A stretch of DNA of 64,000 nucleotides from Selaginella moellendorffii (lineage: Eukaryota > Plantae > Lycopodiophyta): contig NW_003314294.1 in assembly GCF_000143415.4 (NCBI RefSeq), positions 982,416 to 1,046,415 of the forward strand. The letters are read 5' to 3'. The notes beneath the pieces are model-generated. The model ran no database searches, was not told where the DNA came from, and worked only from the letters and a program-made list of their open reading frames with translations. Positions 56,758 to 64,000 of the stretch are shown here, piece by piece. Numbering within the stretch: position 1 is the stretch's first letter; every line of letters begins with the position of its first letter. Made by a program: the position numbers and the translations under genes.

Positions 56758-57956
56758 ATGCAGCGATGGATCCCCGGCGAGACGCGAGAGCTCCACGCGC
56801 GGTGGAAGCGCATGGCGCTACAGGTATGGCGCAAGAGCCTCTACCTGGATCGTGTGGTGCGCTGGGACGAGCTGATCTACTCGGAGATCCCCAGAGCCAT
56901 GGAATTCGTCCAGAGCCAGGGCGGGAGGATCGACATCAAGAGAATGCCGGCGGAGATGGACGAGGTGAGCAAGAGGAGGATGAGCAAGCTCCTTCGCAAG
57001 CACGCCGCGGTGTTTAAGCTCACGTACAAGCACCACAGGACCCAGGAGTGGATCGAGCTCAGGGATTTCATGCAAGAGATCATGGAGGCCGAGAGGCAGG
57101 CGATCCGTGACAGGGATGAGAAGCTCTCGGTGTCCATCGTGAAGAAAATCTTGATGATGTGCAAGGATCGCAGGGCGCCAGTGGCTCCGGTCAAGAACTT
57201 GAGCAAGGAGTGTGCCTTCCCGATCGATTTCGATGGGTTTCTCCGGAGGTATCCGGAGGATTTCCGGCTAGCCGGGGGATCCAGAATGGTGGAGCTCGTT
57301 TCGTGGGATCAGTCGCTAGCCGTGACTGACAGAGAAAGGGCTGTGGAGGCAGGAAGAACGCAAAGAATTCTCGGCCCTTGGGCGTTCGTGAGTACGTTTC
57401 CAAAGAAGTTCGAGGCGGACAAGATTTTCTGGGAGGAATTCGACAAGTTCCAAAGACTTCCAATGCCGTCACCTTACGAAGACCCCGGCAACTCGGCAGA
57501 TCCCAGCAGTCTGTCTGGAGAGAAGAGACTCCTGGCAGTCTTTCACGAGCTACTCAGCCTCACGATCGAGAAGAGAGCATCTCTTGCAAAGTTCAAAGGA
57601 TTCAAGCAGGAGTTGCGGCTGCCAGAGTACTCAGACGCTCTGCTTGCGAGCCACCCGCGGTTTTTCTACGTCTCAGAGAGCAACTCACGCCAGATGGCGT
57701 TTCTCCGCGAAGCTTACCGGGAGAACGATCGGGTGTCCGTGACACGAGTAAAGGATCCGCTGGTTACTATAAGGAATCGATACATGGGCCTGCTAAGGGT
57801 GGAGTTCAGGGAGCCGCGGGTGAAAAGGCCTTGTGTATTTAGCACAGATGAAAGCGATAACGAGGTAAGTTGTTGCTCTATATGTTTTCTATCTCATCTT
57901 CTGGTTTGTTTGGCCATTTGCAGGATTGTGACACAGACGCCGCAGATATACCATGA
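56758..57956 (+). CDS. PORR (plant organelle RNA recognition) domain protein, 2 exons; start 56758 or 56812
   Basis: KKILMM, LRRYPEDFRL, LELVSWD-like motif, FQRLPMPSPY, EKRLLAVFHELLSLTIEKR, HPRFFYVS, FLREAY. A short last exon DCDTDAADIP* follows intron 57865-57923. Confidence 0.88.
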
Positions 57957-58227
57957 ATCGTGGAAGGAGAAAGCGCTCACAAGAGACAGACACTGATCGT
58001 TTGAGAAGGTATGTTGCTTATTTCTCTTTTTCCTTTGCGGGCAGTGATGACGAGGTCTCTAGATGTTTTCTATCTCACTTTTTCGTTTCTTTGGCCTTGG
58101 CAGGAATGTGACAAGACGCCGCAGATATACGATGAATCGTGCAAGCAGGCATGCGCTCACACGTTGATCGTTTTTCCGGTCATGGGAAGGTATGTTGCTC
58201 TTCCTTTGCTGCGAGCAGTGATTGACG
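57877..58227 (+). repeat. tandem duplication (~180-bp units) of the PORR terminal intron/exon
   Basis: atgttttctatctca...cagga(t/a)tgtgaca...gacgccgcagatatac..atgaatcgtg...gaaggtatgttgct occurs twice. Confidence 0.8.
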
Positions 58228-58525
58228 TTTGTTGGTTATAGAAAGCCAAAGCCGCGAGCTCCAAACCTGAGTCTGATGTCCTGTTTGGAGTGACATCTCT
58301 TCGTTACCAAATGACCATTTCAATGCAGCTTGGCGGGAAACTGAGGTTAGTCGCAACCGGTTTCTAATCTTTTAATTTGGAGATTATGACAAGGATGTAC
58401 ACTGTGGCAGGCTTTCCCTCATTGTGACAGATTCAAGACCACTTGAAAGCATACAACTTCACAGGAAAATCGAATCAACGTAGGATAGTGCGATAAGTTC
58501 TACATAGCGAAAGAAGAGCACAGTC

Positions 58526-59659
58526 TCAGCTACATCGTGACACCAGGTAGTCACAAACATCCTTGTGCCAAAACTCCATCACCGATTCCCAGAGGCTGGG
58601 AACTCGCTTGGGCAGTGCCACCCTCAGCAAGCCATCGCCAGTCAAGTTGTAGCTCGCCCTGTCCTCCACATACCTGAGAGGGAAGTAAAGCCTGCGAGCA
58701 AACACTTTGGTGCTCGCTCCTCCGCGCTCCAGCCTCACTGCGTGCCCGCCATCCTCGTCCCGAGCAACGCCGGCTATGGACGCGATGCAACCAGTCCCTT
58801 GCGCCTCTCCCATCAGCTTCAAAAACCAGTCGCGCTCCATCATGCCCCGGATCTCCCGAGCTGCTGCTGCTTCTTCGCCATCTTTTCCATCTTCGCCATC
58901 TGCTCCCCCGGACGAGCAAGTGACTTCGACCTGAGCCGACTGGGCGCCAGGCATCTCCGCGACGATCACGTACGAATCCGGGAGCTCCAAGATGTCCACC
59001 AGTGGCGACACTGTGATCACGCTGGGGTCATGAACGCAAGCACCAACTTTGGTGGCAACGAGAGCTTCCGGTCGAACGAGTCGATCAGCGTTTTCGATGG
59101 TGTGGTCCATGGGCGGAGCTCGCAGCCCACGAGCCGTGGAATGAGCCTCATCACTCCGAGGCTCCAGCTCCACCAAGTCTTGTACTAGCTCGGATCCTGG
59201 AACAAGCGGCACCGTCACCCGCAAGAGACCATTCTCAATCCGGTGGCTGATCCTGGCCGCGTCGGCGTGCCCGGGGAGGATGAACTTGCGAGCAAACAGC
59301 TTGGTGAAAGCACCGCGATCACGGACGGAGAACTGGGCTGGCTCCTGGTCGTGGGAGACGCCAGCGATGGAGAGAAGATCAGAGCCCTCTACTGCTTCCA
59401 CCTTGATTGATACGTCGCTGCTCGCCACTCCGGGCATCTCCACCAGGATGAGATACGCGCCTTGGAGGCGCACAACGTCGGTGGGAGGAGCCGTCACGAC
59501 CGTGTCGTCGATGGCGCAAAGGAACGACATCATTGCGTCCTCTACCTCGACTGTGGCGTTGGAGGAGCTCCCGCAGCCCCGCGCGTGGACGGAAAGGCCA
59601 TGCTTGCACGCCGCCACCGCTGCCGTGAAGAGCGCCAAGAGCAATAGCGCCCTTCTCAT
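58526..59659 (-). CDS. HSP20/alpha-crystallin protein with two ACDs and an N-terminal signal peptide, intronless
   Basis: TDVV...LILVEMPGV...FARKFILP...IENGLLRVTVP and VDILELPDSYVIVAEMPG...FARRLYFP...DGLLRVALPK. Confidence 0.85.
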   Translation of the reverse strand: MRRALLLLALFTAAVAACKHGLSVHARGCGSSSNATVEVEDAMMSFLCAIDDTVVTAPPTDVVRLQGAYLILVEMPGVASSDVSIKVEAVEGSDLLSIAGVSHDQEPAQFSVRDRGAFTKLFARKFILPGHADAARISHRIENGLLRVTVPLVPGSELVQDLVELEPRSDEAHSTARGLRAPPMDHTIENADRLVRPEALVATKVGACVHDPSVITVSPLVDILELPDSYVIVAEMPGAQSAQVEVTCSSGGADGEDGKDGEEAAAAREIRGMMERDWFLKLMGEAQGTGCIASIAGVARDEDGGHAVRLERGGASTKVFARRLYFPLRYVEDRASYNLTGDGLLRVALPKRVPSLWESVMEFWHKDVCDYLVSRCS

Positions 59660-60572
59660 CTTACCCTACATCAAGAGCTTAGCAATTAGGATTATTATAG
59701 AAAATGATCGATCAAACCTTACAAAAAGGATTCCACTCAAGAACGTTAAGTTGGTGTAAGAAAACAAGCGTACCTGGCGGTTTTCGACCCTACACAGCCA
59801 GCCGTGATAGAAGAAAAGATTACCCACCTGTAAACTTCCGAACTATATCAGTGGCACCATAAACTCCCTCTTAGGACTCTTGCATGACAAGAAAGGTAAC
59901 ACTTTCCACAGCCATTTTGTTACCTGCCGTTTTGCAACAGGTGCTCCCGCCTCGTCCATGAATCCTGTGCACCATTTTGACACTGTCAATTGAGAGAAAA
60001 GCAAAAGAGAACTCGCCCAACCAAAAACTCACCTCTACTTTGTAATGCCATCCTTAACAATTCTGCTGCACAGGAGCACCACTTGGTCTTACTGCTTGTT
60101 GCACACCCCCGAGCAAATCCTCTTGCTCTAACCACGACGGTCCTCGTCGACAAACCAGACTTGTTCCAGGAACCATGGTATGTGTATATATGACTTTGTT
60201 TGTTGTTCTGACGTATCAGTTATTTGTGCAGGTTGCATATACAACCAAAGAGTGTCCGCCTAATGCAGCTCGTCATTGAACGCTTGTCAAGGGTAGGGGT
60301 AATCTGGGATATTGGGACGGGCATATGGCATGGGCACTGAGAAGAATGAGCAACTAGCACGGATAGCAATGAACAAGCTGGCAGAGAATGTTCAGCAACG
60401 GAGATACCTACCCAGTGTACTCAAACCTCTACTGATGGTCGTGTCTCGAATAGCTGCAATGTTGCACCGAAGAGAAGTGTGGAATGATAAGTTGATTTCT
60501 ATTTTGTCTCTTCAATGCTCTTCTGCCGACTGGGACAAGTGGTAATAACCTTTTCAGTCGGCACTTTTAGAG

Positions 60573-60860
60573 TTACTCAAAATGCCAAATTTGGGCATAT
60601 GCTACGAGCATGCTTGTCCACGTAACCGTCTCTGGGGCATCCAGTTTAACAATCGCCTGGCTCCTTCGGTCATCTGATTCTAAGTCAACCCATGGTCCCC
60701 CCACGACACTGCATCTTGCATCGGCATTTCCGGAACACAATCGCAGCCTCATCCAGGTGCCTCTTCTGGGTATATGCTGCAAGAAGCGCGTTCCAAGTGA
60801 GGCAGTCGATCGAACGTCTTCTTGACTTCCTCCATGCATCCCCTGCGCGCAAAGGTGACC
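60573..60860 (-). pseudogene. PPR remnant
   Basis: PETVTWTSMLVAYAQIW and LAAYTQKRHLDEAAIVFRKC-like segments lie in different frames. Confidence 0.6.
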
Positions 60861-61097
60861 TCCTGGAGGATATCCTCCATTGCGATGCAGGTTAGCCATT
60901 TCAATCCTCATTCTTTCGGTTTCTGAGCTCCAACTCCAAATTCTTTGGAAACTTTCTCATTTGGTAATCATTTGCATTGACAACAGTGTTGACAAATACA
61001 ATAAGAAATAGAAAATGAAAGACAATGCATTAACTTGTTTTTATTTTTAAACCACAAAGCAGAATCTTATTATATGTATGCAATCCGTGGACTCTTG

Positions 61098-61779
61098 CTA
61101 ACCAATTGCGCGTCTGGTCTGCTTGCTGAGGCGTATAGTGTGCACATCTTCATGGCCCCATTTGCCAATCCAGTACTGCAAGCCGTGCTCATTGGTCGAT
61201 TCATCTGTTGGTCCGCTGAAGATTGGTCTCATGTACAAGGTATCCATTACGACCTCCTCACTGTTGGCCGGGTTGGGTCGAACTCTGACGCACTGAGCTT
61301 GCCTCCACAATGAGAGGCTGTACTTTCCAAATGTTTTCCTCTCGCCTGCAGCAAGCATGCGTATGGACATTCCGACATTGATCAAGAGGATCGATATAAG
61401 TGGATGAGGCTGACATAATATACGTACCAGGTAAGATTTCTACAAAACCCCCTTCGGACTGAAGCTTTTGAGTAATGAAGAGCACGGTGCTGGCTGCCCA
61501 ACCTGTTGCGGTGGATGCAATTGATATACCTGAGATGCTTGCAGCAGCAGCTGTGAAGGCCGCCAAGGCCTCAGTAGAAACAAAGAACACATCGATGACT
61601 CCATTAGCAACCAGAGCCGCGCTGAATGGTGCAGCGGCTCCAGCGGTTGCAACGACAGTGGCAACGGCCGCAAATACAGTGACAACAGTGGTGGCAATAC
61701 CAATGGCTGCAGTATCAGGGCCTACTTTCACAAGGTAAGGGTCGGGAGTGTTGTTGTAGATGGAAATATAGGAGCCCAT
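61098..61779 (-). CDS. uncharacterised 199-aa protein with long hydrophobic core, copy 1 (2 exons)
   Basis: Mirror of 62734..63415, with an intact ORF and splice sites. Confidence 0.8.
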
Positions 61780-62733
61780 TGCAAAATTTTGCACCCCAGC
61801 AGGCAGGTAATGCTGGCAATGTTGCTCGAGGAATCCTCATCCTGATACTTAAGGGGCCAAACGAATGGTCTATTTAGTGTGTGGTGATTGCATCTTTTAA
61901 CTTGCATTTGCACAAGCCTTATCATCACACATAACGTGGGTATTGTATGAGAACCTTTTGTAAAACTAAATGTGGATACATGTACTAAATGTTTCAATTT
62001 TTTTAGGAGCATTTATTACATTTTTTTAATTTGTTTTTTCATAATTCGAAGCCTCGTAGAGTCTTAGGTATTGAGTGTGACAGGAAAAAACAAATAAAAA
62101 CAATGTAATAAATACTCCTAAAAAAATTGAAACATTTAGCACATGTATCGACATTTAATTTTAAAAAAGTTCTCATACATACCCACGTTGTGTGTGATGA
62201 TAAGGTTTGTGCAAATGCAAGTTAAAAGATGCAATCACCACACACCAAATAGACCATTTGCAAGGTTTTGGCTCCTGTACCTTGTGCTGGTACAATGTCA
62301 GTATCAATAATCAAACAAGCTTGGGCGCCTTTTCATACCAAACTCTCAAGTTAAGCAGGCCGCTTCACTTGGCCGGCAAATAGTTTCTACAAGACAAAAG
62401 CCATACTGTTTGAATAGCGGTGCATGTGCATTGATGAACCAAGACTGATTCACAATTCTGGAGTGTAATTTGGCCTGCAAATAGTTGCTGAGCTGCATCA
62501 CTTGTTGGATTTAAATTTGATCTAAATAATACATTGCATGTGCATTTTATTCTGCTGTGTTATACATAGAGGCTCGCATCCACATCTTGCCCACGATGCA
62601 AGTTACGCGCTTAATTGTTGTTACATTTCATTCCTGGAGTTTCCACGTTCGTTTGGCCCCTTAAGTATCAGGATGAGGATTCCTCGAGCAACATTGCCAG
62701 CATTACCTGCCTGCTGGGGTGCAAAATTTTGCA

Positions 62734-63415
62734 ATGGGCTCCTACATTTCCATCTACAACAACACTCCCGACCCTTACCTTGTGAAGGTAGGCCCTGATA
62801 CTGCAGCCATTGGTATTGCCACCACTGTTGTCACTGTATTTGCGGCCGTTGCCACTGTCGTTGCAACCGCTGGAGCCGCTGCACCATTCAGCGCGGCTCT
62901 GGTTGCTAATGGAGTCATCGATGTGTTCTTTGTTTCTACTGAGGCCTTGGCGGCCTTCACAGCTGCTGCTGCAAGCATCTCAGGTATATCAATTGCATCC
63001 ACCGCAACAGGTTGGGCAGCCAGCACCGTGCTCTTCATTACTCAAAAGCTTCAGTCCGAAGGGGGTTTTGTAGAAATCTTACCTGGTACGTATATTCTGT
63101 CAGCCTCATCCACTTATATCGATCCTCTTGATCAATGTCGGAATGTCCATACGCATGCTTGCTGCAGGCGAGAGGAAAACATTTGGAAAGTACAGCCTCT
63201 CATTGTGGAGGCAAGCTCAGTGCGTCAGAGTTCGACCCCACCCGGCCAACAGTGAGGAGGTCATAATGGATACCTTGTACATGAGACCAATCTTCAGCGG
63301 ACCAACAGATGAATCGACCAATGAGCACGGCTTGCAGTACTGGATTGGCAAATGGGGCCATGAAGATGTGCATACTATACGCCTCAGCAAGCAGACCGGA
63401 CGCGCAATTGGTTAG
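62734..63415 (+). CDS. uncharacterised 199-aa protein with long hydrophobic core, copy 2 (exons 62734-63085, 63168-63415)
   Basis: MGSYISIYNNTPDPYLVKVGPD...FVEILP|GERKTFGKYSLSLWRQAQCVR...MRPIFSG...YWIGKWG. Phase-1 GT-AG intron of 82 nt; spliced CDS is 600 nt. Confidence 0.8.
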
Positions 63416-63563
63416 CAAGAGTCCACGGATTGCATACATATAATAAGATTCTGCTTTGTGGTTTAAAATAAGAAACAAGTTAATGCATTGTCTTTCATTT
63501 TCTATTTCTTATTGTATTTGTCAACACTGTTGTCAATAGTCGGGGGTCTATAGTGCAAATAAA

Positions 63564-63780
63564 TAGTCTATTTGCAGAAGCCTTATCATCACACAAAACG
63601 TGGGTATTGTACAAGAACTTTTTTAAAATTAAATGTGCATAATAATGAAGCAAATGTATATATATATATATATGTTAGCATGTACTAAATGTTTCAATTT
63701 TTTTAGGAGTATTTATTACATTTTTTTATTTGTTTTTTCCTAATTACTAACACTGGGAGCCTTGTAGTGTCTCAGGTATC
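63564..63780 (+). repeat. third copy of the ~200-bp AT-rich element forming the palindrome centre, with an (AT)n-containing insertion
   Basis: agccttatcatcacac...gtgggtattgta...catgtactaaatgtttcaatttttttaggag matches 61915-62070. Confidence 0.85.
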
Positions 63781-64000
63781 TACAATGCATTTCCTTGTAA
63801 GCCGGTTCTGATCTGGATGAATTTATTTAAAACATCTCAAGTTAAATGATACAACGGGGCACATAACTGGGATAGGTGAATGAGGCCAGGTGCAAAGGAT
63901 CTGAGGGATAATGTTTGGGCCAAGAGTTACACCTTTAGTCACTAAATTTCACTAATATAACAATCTACTAGAAAGTTGACAATTTAAGCATGACAAGGAA

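Larger units (their letters stand above)
60976..63537. repeat. large nested inverted repeat: outer arms 60976-61865 / 62648-63537 (890 bp, ~99%); inner arms 61865-62040 / 62084-62257
   Basis: Direct reverse-complement match read by eye. The ORF track shows mirror ORFs on both strands. Confidence 0.95.

Noticed and set aside
59770-60550. Short ORFs and exon-like pieces upstream of the sHSP gene
   Set aside because: No coherent frame or motif.
1-64000. CRISPR arrays, rRNA/tRNA genes, autonomous transposase or reverse-transcriptase ORFs
   Set aside because: None recognised; the window is eukaryotic genic DNA.

Overview
Eukaryotic nuclear DNA from an early-diverging land plant, most consistent with the lycophyte Selaginella. 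This is inferred from very short (~50-60 nt) GT-AG introns, intergenic gaps often under 250 bp, telobox promoters and many PLS-type PPR genes. Recognisable genes, in order: F-box, WDR82-like, FKBP62/ROF1, cyclin L1, PPR, a head-to-head pair of G-type lectin receptor kinases, CCDC97-like, NdhL, ISCA2, two tandem LNK clock genes, PPR, a double-phytocyanin, DCI1, DUF4057, FEX/CrcB, a clan-85 P450, NRAMP, two more PPRs, a PORR protein and a double alpha-crystallin protein. Pseudogene remnants include neprosin, ADP/ATP carrier and PPR pieces. There are four main anomalies. (1) A Crinkler-related P-loop NTPase plus restriction-endonuclease-fold gene with modular header exons, in an apparently inserted block (37.0-41.7 kb). 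(2) A ~2.56 kb nested palindrome carrying two near-identical, divergent copies of an unrecognised 199-aa protein with a long hydrophobic core (61.0-63.5 kb). (3) A two-exon gene for a secreted, extremely Ile/Val-rich preproprotein (29.1-29.7 kb). (4) A P450 lacking the catalytic I-helix Thr. Two assembly gaps are present (2487-2654, 25438-25597). Exon boundaries were read by eye.
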